From Candidatus Harrisonbacteria bacterium (GTDB taxonomy: Bacteria > Patescibacteriota > Minisyncoccia > UBA6257 > UBA11618): a DNA stretch of 64,000 nucleotides. The stretch lies in NCBI GenBank assembly GCA_016867415.1, contig VGJO01000002.1:118472-182471 (forward strand). Direction: 5' to 3'. Each line of letters begins with the position of its first letter. Positions within the stretch are counted from its first letter, which is position 1. The notes under the pieces were generated by a model. It searched no databases, was not told where the DNA came from, and saw nothing but the letters and a program-made list of their open reading frames with translations. Shown here piece after piece: positions 55,271-64,000 of the stretch. Made by a program: the position numbers and the translations under genes.

Positions 55271-56392
55271 TTATAAAATCCCCATCCACTCCATCCGACG
55301 CTTAAGAAGTGAAATAAGTCGAGGATCACCTCCTCGAAACAAGACTTCTCCAAAATGCAGCAAAAAAAGCAAAAATCCCGGTCGCACCCTCTCCCCTTCT
55401 TTATAATCAAATGATACCAATCCTGCATCAAAAGAAAAAGCTTTATTTTTCCCCAAATCTACCTCCGCCACCCCGCTCTTTCTCCCCCTCTCTCCCTGTG
55501 AAAAAGAAAAGTCCTGATATGGTGCAAATAATATCCCCTCCTTCACCCCCTTCCGCTTGCAAAAAGCAAATAAAAGAGCTCTCAACTTTTCTTCCTCATC
55601 TTTATACAGCATCTCAATTTTTTCTCTTACCTCTCTACTCATCCCTCCGCTCTCATAAAGCGCCATGATCATTTTTCCCTCCCCCGCTCCCACTCCAAGC
55701 ATTTCTTCTAACTCACTCCTCAAAGCTTGCAAGCCTCGCACCTCATTCCCTATTTGCCGCTCCGCTCCTGATCCTTCCTCAACAAAAAATAAATCCCTGT
55801 GCCCTAGAAAAAACACCCCTTGCTCTCCTCGCCGCAAAGAAAGAGAAAAAGGAAGAAAAAAAGTACTGCAGCCCACTTCAGGAAAGTGAGAAAGTAATTC
55901 TTTCATTTCTTTAGTGCAAAAAATCACTGCAATCCGCACCTTGATCTCCCGCACCGATTCCTCAAACACCCTCTCTATATTTTCTTCTTTCTTCCCATCA
56001 ATCTCCCATTGAAGCAAAGATATGGAATAAAGTCTTTGTTCTGCCTCCATTCCCGCAAGTGCCTCTTGCAAAAGCCGCGATATCATCCCATCAAGCTCCC
56101 CCTCCTCCAATCTCCTTCCCGAAAGATCCCAAAAAAGATGCACCCACCGCATCCGTCCCACCAATCGAGAATCCGAAAAAAATGCGTATCGAAAAAAATC
56201 TTTCCCCTTCCCTGAGATTTCCTTCATTGTCATCAGCATTTCCCTCACTCCCTCCCCTTCAGAAACAAAAGAAAAGCGCGTCTCTTCCCGCCTCTCCCCC
56301 GAAAAAGATTTCACAAACCGATACGTAAAAAATTTTCCCCCATCCTCAAACCCCAAAACCCCCTCCTTCATATACTGCGATTGTACACCCAT
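55271..56392 (-). CDS. Cytoplasmic hypothetical protein (373 aa)
   Basis: ORF only; no Walker or other recognisable motif; co-oriented 50 nt upstream of 53523..55220. Confidence 0.5.
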   Translation of the reverse strand: MGVQSQYMKEGVLGFEDGGKFFTYRFVKSFSGERREETRFSFVSEGEGVREMLMTMKEISGKGKDFFRYAFFSDSRLVGRMRWVHLFWDLSGRRLEEGELDGMISRLLQEALAGMEAEQRLYSISLLQWEIDGKKEENIERVFEESVREIKVRIAVIFCTKEMKELLSHFPEVGCSTFFLPFSLSLRRGEQGVFFLGHRDLFFVEEGSGAERQIGNEVRGLQALRSELEEMLGVGAGEGKMIMALYESGGMSREVREKIEMLYKDEEEKLRALLFAFCKRKGVKEGILFAPYQDFSFSQGERGRKSGVAEVDLGKNKAFSFDAGLVSFDYKEGERVRPGFLLFLLHFGEVLFRGGDPRLISLLKRRMEWMGIL

Positions 56393-56463
56393 TTTCCTCT
56401 TTAACTCTAAGAATAAATCTTTAGAGTACTAATAGAGATAAAAAGACAAGTGATACTTCTATG

Positions 56464-56534
56464 TCGGGCTGCCGGGAATCGAACCCGGGCTACAAACACC
56501 CCATGCTCGCGTACTACCATTATACTACAGCCCG
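56464..56534 (-). tRNA. tRNA-Pro (anticodon GGG)
   Basis: Cloverleaf: acceptor CGGGCUG/CAGCCCG, D arm GUAU-AAUGGUA-GUAC, anticodon stem CGAGC/GUUUG (2 G-U) loop AUGGGGU (U33, G37), T arm CCGGG-UUCGAUU-CCCGG. Confidence 0.65.
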
Positions 56535-56583
56535 TAGTATTACTTTCTGCAAAATTTTACCCTAAAAATCCCCTTTAATCCAG

Positions 56584-56622
56584 CCAAAATAAAATCCCGT
56601 GCTTACGGGATTTTATTTATAT
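56584..56622. terminator. Terminator hairpin between rpmB/R8 and tRNA-Pro
   Basis: aaaatcccgt-gctt-acgggatttt flanked by A/T runs on both strands. Confidence 0.5.
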
Positions 56623-56640
56623 TATGTCTTTTGTTTAAAT

Positions 56641-56780
56641 AACAGCGAATAACGTAAGCGAAGTAATTTTGGATGGAGTTTGCGATTTCTTTTCGAGCAG
56701 GCACCGCAGCATACTGGGCTAAGTCTGTGAGGAGCCAGCGGAGAAAAAAATCGCAAAATCCGCCAAAATTACAAGCACCC
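56641..56780 (+). repeat. Family A intergenic repeat, copy R8 (ends 2 nt before rpmB stop codon)
   Basis: aacgtaagcgaagtaattttggatggagtttgcgatttcttttcgagcaggcaccgcagcatactgggctaagtctgtgaggagccagcggagaaaaaaatcgcaaaatccgccaaaattacaagcaccc. Confidence 0.8.
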
Positions 56781-56782
56781 AG

Positions 56783-56971
56783 CTACTTGGTAGACTTAAC
56801 AGAAGTCCGCATGCATTGAGTACACAACAAACCCCTACTTCCATCAGGCAAAGTTCCCTTCTGTAAATTCGGCTGCTTTCTCGTCCAATTCACCGGATTA
56901 TAATGGCCGCGCAAGAGCTTTCTCGCCCCCACCATTCGCGATCCTTTTTTACACACTGCACACTGTCTCAT
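56783..56971 (-). CDS. rpmB: 50S ribosomal protein L28
   Basis: 62 aa; CAVCKKGSRMVGARKL..GHYNP..TRKQPNLQK matches L28 family pattern. Confidence 0.75.
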   Translation of the reverse strand: MRQCAVCKKGSRMVGARKLLRGHYNPVNWTRKQPNLQKGTLPDGSRGLLCTQCMRTSVKSTK

Positions 56972-57269
56972 ACAAGTAAAATTAAGTATCCGTAATTCTA
57001 CCTTATCTCCTCTTTTTTTGCAAATGAATCAGAGCGGACGGCAAAAAAATCATGTAGCCACACCATATCCTGCCTATCCGGCTGCCTTGCCTCCCCCGAC
57101 GCGCCGATTGGTTGCACCACATAAATGATCTTATATTGGAGAAGTTCCTTTTTCCTAATATGTTCCCATACCACCTGATCCTGTGTTACTCATGTTGTCT
57201 TCGCCGTCCATCATACCACCTGAGCCTTTGTTTTCTTAAAAAAAATAATTCAATCGAAGATTGAAGAAA

Positions 57270-57590
57270 AAAGTCTTTGACTTTTTGCTCACCCCTCCAC
57301 TCTCTCCTCTCTTTATTACATCTCAATCTCTGCGCCAGCAAAGAACTCTACCTTTCCCGTGAGTGACCTTCTGCAGGACGAGCTTCCACAAAGAAAAATA
57401 TTCTTTAAAGAAAAAAACAAAAGCATCAGTATAAAAAGACTAAAACAAGATAAAGTCAGCGAGGCATGGTTTTTTCATGGTGTTATTTTTTCTTCTTCTT
57501 TCCCAAAAATAACACCATGAAAAATTTTCTCCGAAGCCTGAATGAAAGCTCGCAGGAGCTTTCATGTGTCACGAAGGGGAAAGGTGGGGT
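57270..57590 (+). repeat. Family B composite repeat, copy B3
   Basis: aaaaagtctttgactttttgctcacc...gtgaccttctgcag...catggtgttatttttt...aaaataacaccatg...gcctgaatgaaagctcgcaggagctttcatgtgtcacgaagg. Confidence 0.7.
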
Positions 57591-57644
57591 TCTTCTAAAA
57601 GATAAAAAGTACTGGATTCCAGCTCGGGGGCCGGAATGACAAGC

Positions 57645-59390
57645 TTACTTAACTACCGCTCTAATACGTCTTATTCCTGCCCCCACCGCCTCGTCTTTCA
57701 CAATCTGAAACTCCCCCACCTCCCCTGTATGCGTCACATGAGGCCCCCCGCAAAATTCCTTTGAGATCGCCTCATCAAGACTTTTTCCTACATAATACAC
57801 CTTCACCCGCTCTGGATATTTTTCTTTAAAGAAATATAAAGCTCCCGTTCTCTTAGCCTCTTCTATTGGCATCTCTTCATATGAGACCAAGAGATCCTCA
57901 CTCACCATATTACGCACCCAAGTCTCCACCTGCCGCAGTTCCTCCTCGGTGAGTTTCCGAGGCGCCGCATAGTCAAATCGTAATCGCTCACTGGTAATAT
58001 CACTCCCTGCCTGCTTGACCTCTGGTCCCAGCACTTCCCGAAGTGCCGCCTGTAGCAAATGCGTCGCCGTGTGAAGCCGAGTCACCTTCTTCACCTCCTC
58101 CTCGCTCCCCGCCTTTAGCTCTCCTGTATCCAGGATTAATCCGTGCCCGCCAAACTTCTTTTCCATCCCCGCCTTTGACACCTCCCGATGCTTCTCCATC
58201 TCCGCATCAAATTCCGCTCGAGTAAAAGCCAGCCGCCCCTCGCCCCGGTCCTTGATCACTTCATAAGACAATCCATAGCTTTCATACAAACGAAAGGCTT
58301 CCTTCGCCCCGATCTTCATGATGCTAGCCATCTCCCGCAACCCTTTCCCTAGGCTTTTCTCAAACTTTCCCCGCTCTTTGGTGAGTACCTGAAAGGCCTC
58401 GTGTGCCCGCAAGTCATAGAGTCCCTTATATATCCCCTCAATCTGCTCAAAAATCTTTTCGTAAGGAATCTTTCGTTCCCGCGCCAAAACCCGTCGAATG
58501 AGCCGCCGCAAGACATAGCCCACCTCTTTATTCGATGGCATGACCCCATCGCTTATGAGAAAAAGAGCGCTTCGCAAGTGATCCGCAATCATCCGCTGCT
58601 CCCTCTCCTCTGTCACTTCTCCTCCTATCTCTTCCGCTATCTTTTGAAGCGGCCCTACCTCATACACCGATTTCTTTGCATTAATAATTGTTACGAGCCG
58701 CTCAAGACCCATCCCAGTATCTACTCCGGGACTTGAGAGATTCTCAAGACTCGCCTTCCCTGAAAGAAGCTCCTCCCGACTCCCTGAACAAAAAAACTGA
58801 TTAAAGACAATATTCCAGACCTCAATCCCATCCACATAGATCTCCGTCGTCGGTCCGCATGGACCATTCTTCCCCGTCGGCCCCCAAAAATTATCCTCCA
58901 TTCCCGAAAAATGGATCCGCTCCTCTGGTATCCCCATCTCTTCCCTCCAGATCCGAAAAGACTCCTCATCCCTCGGCACTCCGTCTGTCCCTTCAAAGAC
59001 CGAAACCTCGATCCGGGACACATCCACCCCTAATTCCTTCACAATAAACTCATACCCAAAGCGAATGCTTTCTTCTTTGAGATAATCACCAAAAGAAAAA
59101 TTCCCGAGCATTTCAAAAAAGGTGAGATGCGTATCATCCCCCACCTCATCGATATCACTCGTCCGAAAGCACTTCTGCGCCGACGCCACCCTCCGCCCGC
59201 CAAAATCCCGCATCGGATCCAGCTCCCCTGTATAATATTTCTTAAATTGCTGTACTCCCGCCGTAGTCAAAAGCACCGACGGATCATCAGGTAAAAGCGA
59301 AGACGACGAAACCACCCGATGCCCCTGCCGCTCAAAATACTCCAAAAATTTTTTCCTCACCAAAAAATAATCCATAGAAACTTCCCTCAA
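57645..59390 (-). CDS. alaS: Alanyl-tRNA synthetase, short form (catalytic + tRNA-recognition + editing domains; no C-Ala domain)
   Basis: 581 aa; class II core ...FEMLGNFSFGDY...; editing-domain HTATHLLQAALREVLG and CGGPHV. Confidence 0.88.
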   Translation of the reverse strand: MREVSMDYFLVRKKFLEYFERQGHRVVSSSSLLPDDPSVLLTTAGVQQFKKYYTGELDPMRDFGGRRVASAQKCFRTSDIDEVGDDTHLTFFEMLGNFSFGDYLKEESIRFGYEFIVKELGVDVSRIEVSVFEGTDGVPRDEESFRIWREEMGIPEERIHFSGMEDNFWGPTGKNGPCGPTTEIYVDGIEVWNIVFNQFFCSGSREELLSGKASLENLSSPGVDTGMGLERLVTIINAKKSVYEVGPLQKIAEEIGGEVTEEREQRMIADHLRSALFLISDGVMPSNKEVGYVLRRLIRRVLARERKIPYEKIFEQIEGIYKGLYDLRAHEAFQVLTKERGKFEKSLGKGLREMASIMKIGAKEAFRLYESYGLSYEVIKDRGEGRLAFTRAEFDAEMEKHREVSKAGMEKKFGGHGLILDTGELKAGSEEEVKKVTRLHTATHLLQAALREVLGPEVKQAGSDITSERLRFDYAAPRKLTEEELRQVETWVRNMVSEDLLVSYEEMPIEEAKRTGALYFFKEKYPERVKVYYVGKSLDEAISKEFCGGPHVTHTGEVGEFQIVKDEAVGAGIRRIRAVVK

Positions 59391-59464
59391 AGATACCTCA
59401 ATCTACAGTCATTTTTCAATGTCTTTTAGAGAAATCCCCTTTAGACATTGCTAAAGATCGCAAG

Positions 59465-59770
59465 ACATGTCGGATCCGCGAAGTAATTTTGGAGGATTTT
59501 TCGATTTTCTTTCCGAGTATGAGCCTCCACTACTAAAAGATAGTCTTATGCAATATAAAAACAATAGAATCAGTAGTGAAAATCAGAAAGAGGAACGATG
59601 AGCACAAGAGAGTATATCGAAGGCGATTAGTACTCTAATCGCCTGAAGATCCCGAGTACTCTTGGGGCAATCCATTCTGTGAGTACCGAGCACAGAAAAA
59701 AAATGAAAAGGAGCCTCCACAAGCAATAGTAGAAAATTAGAAAAGGTCAGCGACCCAAAATTACGAACAC
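59465..59770 (+). repeat. Family A repeat copy R9 split by a ~215-nt nested insertion bounded by GAGCCTCCAC-type repeats; abuts stop of 59771..61051
   Basis: gcgaagtaattttggaggatttttcgattttctttccgagt | atgagcctccactactaaaag...ggagcctccacaagcaatagtag | ...cagcgacccaaaattacgaacac followed by cta (stop, minus). Confidence 0.65.
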
Positions 59771-61051
59771 CTAAAAAGAATCAAAGAGCCACGCTTCTAC
59801 TCGCACATCTGGGAAAGTCAACTTCCTATCCTTTACTACCTCCAAAATATTCTCAATCCTCTCTCGTTGATCCGGATTCTCTATCTTAAGCCTCTCAAAT
59901 TCCTTTATATATACCCGCTCTGAATTATTCGGGGTGGTAAGAAATAAAAGCGTCTGAAAAAGGACAGCTACCGCCCGATTCGCTTCGAAAAGCGCCTGCT
60001 CCGGCTGATTATTTTTAAGAAATAGATCTGCCTGATCAAGGAAAAATTGTACCTGATCAATATTCTTTTTCATTGCTCCTTCCGTATCCCACTTCTCTGC
60101 CACCTTTAGCATTTCTCGAGAAAAACGAACGGCCCTAAGCTCCACCTTTTTTATCTCAATTGGCGCTCCAATCATTTTAATGATTTCAAGATTAAGACTA
60201 TCAAAAGTAGCTCGCTCAGCCTCAGAGACCCTGGCCCGAATTGCCACGAGAGCTTGCAGTTTCAAAAGCGGATCAAGATTAGCGGAAAGGAAAAGATTCT
60301 GTTCCTCCCGAGCAATCTTCAAAGCCCGATTAAGATAGCTAAGCATTTCCTCCGAAAGTCGTAAGAGCTCATATTGGTCAGCTGAGCTAAGGCCCGGCTG
60401 AATTGCCGCATCAATAAAAAAATTAAAAGCCGTTACTGCAAGCACCGGATTCGCTTCTTCTAAAAAAAAGACTCGATATTTCTCGCGCACGGTCTCCCCC
60501 GTCGTTCCTAAATCAAAGATAGCTTTAAGAAGCGCCTGCTTCTCTTTTAGCACTACCTCTCCCAAAGGGAGATTAGAAAAAACATCCACATTGGAGTAGC
60601 TAAGATCTAAGGCCTTTGCCTGGATAGCCGGCGAATATGACCTCTGTTTCAGAGCGGCAAACTTCGGCTGAAATGCTCTAAACTGATCTGCATACTGTCG
60701 CACCGCCACTCCCACTGCCTCGCTCCCTTCTGACATGATACCCGAAAGTTTCGTGACCTCCGCCTCCTTGTCTCTTAAGATCGAAAGCTCAAGCAAATTA
60801 CGCTTTTCATCCGAAAAAGTCGTCGCTCGGCGAATCCCCCGTCCCCACTCCTTAAAAAAGTAAAAAGGATTAGAGGGTAAAAGCCCCTCATCCCCCGGGG
60901 CTGCAAAGGTCGAGCCAGAAAAAACTAGAAGACACCCCAAAACAAGCAATGTCTGCTTTAAAATATTTGTAGTAAACTGACGTATACTCATGTGAGTTTT
61001 TATTATATCATATCCACCACAAAAATCAAGGAAAATCCCCCATTTTTTCAT
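59771..61051 (-). CDS. Secreted hypothetical protein
   Basis: 426 aa; signal peptide LLVLGCLLVFSGSTFAAPG; largely helical-looking, no known motif. Confidence 0.5.
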   Translation of the reverse strand: MKKWGIFLDFCGGYDIIKTHMSIRQFTTNILKQTLLVLGCLLVFSGSTFAAPGDEGLLPSNPFYFFKEWGRGIRRATTFSDEKRNLLELSILRDKEAEVTKLSGIMSEGSEAVGVAVRQYADQFRAFQPKFAALKQRSYSPAIQAKALDLSYSNVDVFSNLPLGEVVLKEKQALLKAIFDLGTTGETVREKYRVFFLEEANPVLAVTAFNFFIDAAIQPGLSSADQYELLRLSEEMLSYLNRALKIAREEQNLFLSANLDPLLKLQALVAIRARVSEAERATFDSLNLEIIKMIGAPIEIKKVELRAVRFSREMLKVAEKWDTEGAMKKNIDQVQFFLDQADLFLKNNQPEQALFEANRAVAVLFQTLLFLTTPNNSERVYIKEFERLKIENPDQRERIENILEVVKDRKLTFPDVRVEAWLFDSF

Positions 61052-61224
61052 TCTGAACTTGATCTATAAAATATCCTCTCCAAAACTAAAAAACCTTATT
61101 TCACAAAAAAATTTTGACAGAAATAATAAATATTTTATGTTAAAAAATAATTATAACATAATAATGGAGAATAGGACAATTTCGCCAAAAGAATGGCCGT
61201 CTTTCACTCGTCCCTCCCTTCCTG

Positions 61225-61440
61225 CGACACCTCGCCACGGGATTTTTTATAAATAAAAGGGCTTAAGTGAAGTGAAAGACTACCAAAGGAGTATGTCTTC
61301 GTTTCTGGGAAACGAAGAAAAGAAATATTAATTGTGTTCAATCAAAATTTCTTTGAAAAGATTGTAAATCTTTTGCTTACTCCTCCACTTTCCGCCCCGC
61401 CAATCTCGACATTACCAAAGAAATATTTTTTTAAAACAAT
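61225..61440 (+). repeat. Family B repeat, 5' module only (B7)
   Basis: ataaataaaagggcttaagtg...cttcgtttctgggaaacgaagaaa...cttactcctccactttccgcc...ccaaagaaatattttt parallels 23340-23520 of copy B1; runs to the rpoD stop. Confidence 0.5.
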
Positions 61441-62819
61441 TAATAGTCCTCCAACGTATAAGACTTTTCGTGGTTCTTAATCCGTTGCAGCGCCTTCGCC
61501 TCAATCTGCCGAATTCTCTCTCTCGTCACACCAAACTCCTTTCCCACCTCTTCCAAGGTATGCGTCACCCCATCATCGAGCCCAAATCGCATCATAAGAA
61601 TCTTCTGCTCTCGCTCAGTAAGATCTACTAAGACCTCCTTAATCCTTTCCCGAAGTAAGGACTGCGTCGCCGACTGCGCCGGGGTGAGACTGCTGTCATC
61701 TGGAATAAAATCCGAAAGCACCGAATCATTATCATCCTCATCGCCGAGAGGCGCCTCTAGTGAAATTGTATCCTGAGAAATCTGCTGGATATGATGGATC
61801 TTCTCCACTGGCATTCCCATTTCAATCGCTATTTCTTCCGGCAATGGTTCTCGGCCAAGCTCTTGAAACAACCGCCGCTTCGCCTGAGTATATTTGGAAA
61901 TAGTCTCCACCATATGCACTGGAATTCGGATTGTCCGGGACTGATCCGCTAGAGCACGAGTGATCGCCTGCCGGATCCACCAGTGAGCATACGTCGAAAA
62001 TTTAAAGCCTCTCCGGTAATCAAATTTTTCCACCGCTCTGGTAAGACCAATATTTCCCTCTTGGATAAGGTCAAGAATACTCAAATTCGGACTCCGATTG
62101 GCATATCGCTTCGCAATCGAGACCACAAGCCGCAAGTTTGCCTTGATAAATTGCCGTCGTGCTTCCTCATCCCCTCTCTCAATCCTTTTTGCCAACTCCT
62201 TTTCCTGATCAGAAGTAAGAAGATCTGTCTTACCAATAGATTTTAGATAAATCTGGACCGCATCTGGCAGACCCTGGAGCAGACGTTCGTCAGAAATATC
62301 CTCCATAGAAATCCTCGCTTCATCCGGCACCTCAATAAGCTGCGCCGTCTCTACTACTTTAATATTCATCCGCTCGAGCTCCTCATAAATTTCATCCAAG
62401 AAACCCACACTCATCTCAATATCAGGAAAAACACTCAAGACCTCCTGATCCGTCACAAAACCTCGGTCCTTGCCCCGATCAATAAGCTCTTCCAAATTTT
62501 TTTTCTTCTCCTGCTCCTTAGGAGTGAGTTTCATTCCTTCTACTCGCTCCAAAAAAGTCTTTTTTCTCGGCACCTCTTCTTTTGCCTTTACAACCGGTTT
62601 CTTGACCTGTTTAAGCTTTTTCAGCTCCTCCCCTTTTTTCGCCACAGCCAAAAATTTCTTCCCTTTGGAAGAAATTTTCTTCTTAATCACCACCTTCTTT
62701 TTCTTATCCTGAGTAGACCGAATTATTTTTTTAGAAGCAGCAATTTTTTTTCCTCCGCTTTTTTTCCCACCACTCCCTTTGCGAGACTTCACCTTGGTCT
62801 TTATAGACATTATCCGCAT
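61440..62819 (-). CDS. rpoD: RNA polymerase sigma factor RpoD (sigma-70 family) with Lys-rich N-terminal region
   Basis: 459 aa; region 2.x motifs [39 protein letters not shown]; region 4 HTH ...[24 protein letters not shown]. Confidence 0.9.
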   Translation of the reverse strand: MRIMSIKTKVKSRKGSGGKKSGGKKIAASKKIIRSTQDKKKKVVIKKKISSKGKKFLAVAKKGEELKKLKQVKKPVVKAKEEVPRKKTFLERVEGMKLTPKEQEKKKNLEELIDRGKDRGFVTDQEVLSVFPDIEMSVGFLDEIYEELERMNIKVVETAQLIEVPDEARISMEDISDERLLQGLPDAVQIYLKSIGKTDLLTSDQEKELAKRIERGDEEARRQFIKANLRLVVSIAKRYANRSPNLSILDLIQEGNIGLTRAVEKFDYRRGFKFSTYAHWWIRQAITRALADQSRTIRIPVHMVETISKYTQAKRRLFQELGREPLPEEIAIEMGMPVEKIHHIQQISQDTISLEAPLGDEDDNDSVLSDFIPDDSSLTPAQSATQSLLRERIKEVLVDLTEREQKILMMRFGLDDGVTHTLEEVGKEFGVTRERIRQIEAKALQRIKNHEKSYTLEDY

Positions 62820-63017
62820 TATGCTAGTCTACATCCTCTTTGTCAAACATATTGCAATAAAAAATAATCTTATTTAGCAGAAAGTTTTCCGAGGATTTTT
62901 TCCGAATGGCTAGGCGCCTTTGAGCATTGCGACCAAGATGTACATAGAGGAAGTACTTCGCGGGAGCAAGCGGAGAAGGCAACAACGCCATTCGGAAAAA
63001 AGACCGAAAACTATAAA

Positions 63018-64000
63018 TTATTTCACGGTTTTCTTTATTCTCTCAAACTCCTTTAATTTTTTCATAAGCTCCTCTCCTCCTCCCCGTTCCTCGAGCTCTC
63101 GAATCTTTCCTCGTAATACAAAAAGCTGCCGTTTCATCCTATCCTTAGCAAGAAGCTTTTCAAGCATCACAAGCGTCATCTTCCGCTCATCTTCTCCCAA
63201 ACTCCCATTCACATACGTTGCCTGAAGCAAATCTTTTTCGGAAAGTCGAGAAAGATCCTCCACCTCCTCTCCTATAAGCTCTCCTCCCAAATCCTTCACT
63301 CGCGCCATAAGAAACAATCTCCTATCAGTCACTCCTTCATCCCGACTTTCTTTTTGTTTTACTTCATCATAAAAAGATTCGTCTTTCACTTGATCCTTAC
63401 CTAATCGTTTTACCTCTTCCTTGAGCGCTTCAAGTGACACTCCTGTCCGCGCCGCCACCTCCTTATACCACTCCTCCTGATCAATCGCCGATGCTAATCC
63501 TTGGATCCGAGAAAGGATTATGGTAAGCCCCTCTTTCTTTTTCTTTTCATCCTGGACAATATCACTGCTCAGATACTTCGCAAAAAAATATTCCTTCGTC
63601 GAAACCGCCTCTTTTAATTTTTTCTTGAGCTCTCCTGGCGCTTCTTTCACCATCTCCGCCGGATCTTTTCCCGAAAAAGAAATCACTTTGACAGCAAAAT
63701 CCAACGAATGCGCTAAGTCAATCGAGCGCTCCGCCGCCTTCTGCCCGGCCGCATCCATGTCAAAACCCAAAAGAATTTTATCCGTCATTTTTTTCAAAAT
63801 CCGCAATTGCTCAAGCGTCAGTGCCGTCCCTGATGACGCCACCACATTCTTCACTCCGTCTTGATAGCTCATAAGCACGTCCATCTGCCCCTCGACAATC
63901 ATCACATACCCCCAATCCTTCACATGCGGCTTTGATTTGTGATATCCATACAAAATCCGCGACTTTTTATACGCCAATGTCTCCGGCGTATTCACGTACT
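63018..64000 (-). CDS. dnaG: DNA primase DnaG (C-terminal part; N-terminus beyond window end)
   Basis: TOPRIM motifs YVMIVEGQMDV and LGFDMDAAGQKAA; dnaG-rpoD synteny; ORF open at position 64000. Confidence 0.85.
   Translation of the reverse strand, partial: YVNTPETLAYKKSRILYGYHKSKPHVKDWGYVMIVEGQMDVLMSYQDGVKNVVASSGTALTLEQLRILKKMTDKILLGFDMDAAGQKAAERSIDLAHSLDFAVKVISFSGKDPAEMVKEAPGELKKKLKEAVSTKEYFFAKYLSSDIVQDEKKKKEGLTIILSRIQGLASAIDQEEWYKEVAARTGVSLEALKEEVKRLGKDQVKDESFYDEVKQKESRDEGVTDRRLFLMARVKDLGGELIGEEVEDLSRLSEKDLLQATYVNGSLGEDERKMTLVMLEKLLAKDRMKRQLFVLRGKIRELEERGGGEELMKKLKEFERIKKTVK

Overview
This window is a gene-dense, streamlined bacterial chromosome segment. Of 53 protein genes, 50 are on the minus strand. 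Its character resembles small-genome Patescibacteria/CPR-like organisms, an inference from shortened SMC, AlaRS, ThrRS, PheT and ProRS, an alpha-CTD-less RpoA, and very few regulators. Recognisable content: ribosomal and translation genes (rplL, rplJ, rpsP, rpmF, rplK, rpsI, rplM, rplQ, rpsD, rpsK, rpsM, rpmJ, infA, rpmB, frr, gatB, pheST, thrS, alaS, proS). Transcription and replication genes: nusB, nusG, secE, rpoA, rpoD, dnaE, dnaG (partial), gyrB, holB-like, rnhB, rnc, smc. Cell-envelope genes: mreBCD-mrdA, a second mreB paralog, murA, rseP, tpiA. Four tRNAs: Val-CAC, Met-CAT, initiator fMet, Pro-GGG. No rRNA, CRISPR array, cas genes, transposase or integrase genes were found. The most unusual content is non-coding. 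Family A is a ~125-nt hairpin-forming repeat present in 10 co-oriented copies. Each copy ends at or within ~13 nt of the stop codon of the upstream minus-strand gene, and copies show compensatory base changes in a long-range helix. Family B is a second, longer (~150-450 nt) multi-hairpin repeat in the same 3'-flank context. A GAGCCTCCAC-bounded segment is nested inside two family A copies. A tRNA-Met has an inverted and a direct duplication of its 3' end. There is also an A/T-rich accessory cluster (9.0-16.0 kb) of seven tightly packed predicted secreted proteins (HExxH metalloprotease-like, Cys-rich with a thioredoxin-like CxxC motif, tandem-repeat coiled-coil), a surface protein with a 34-residue poly-proline/TP/GN repeat tail, and an uncharacterised two-gene module at the infA operon head.
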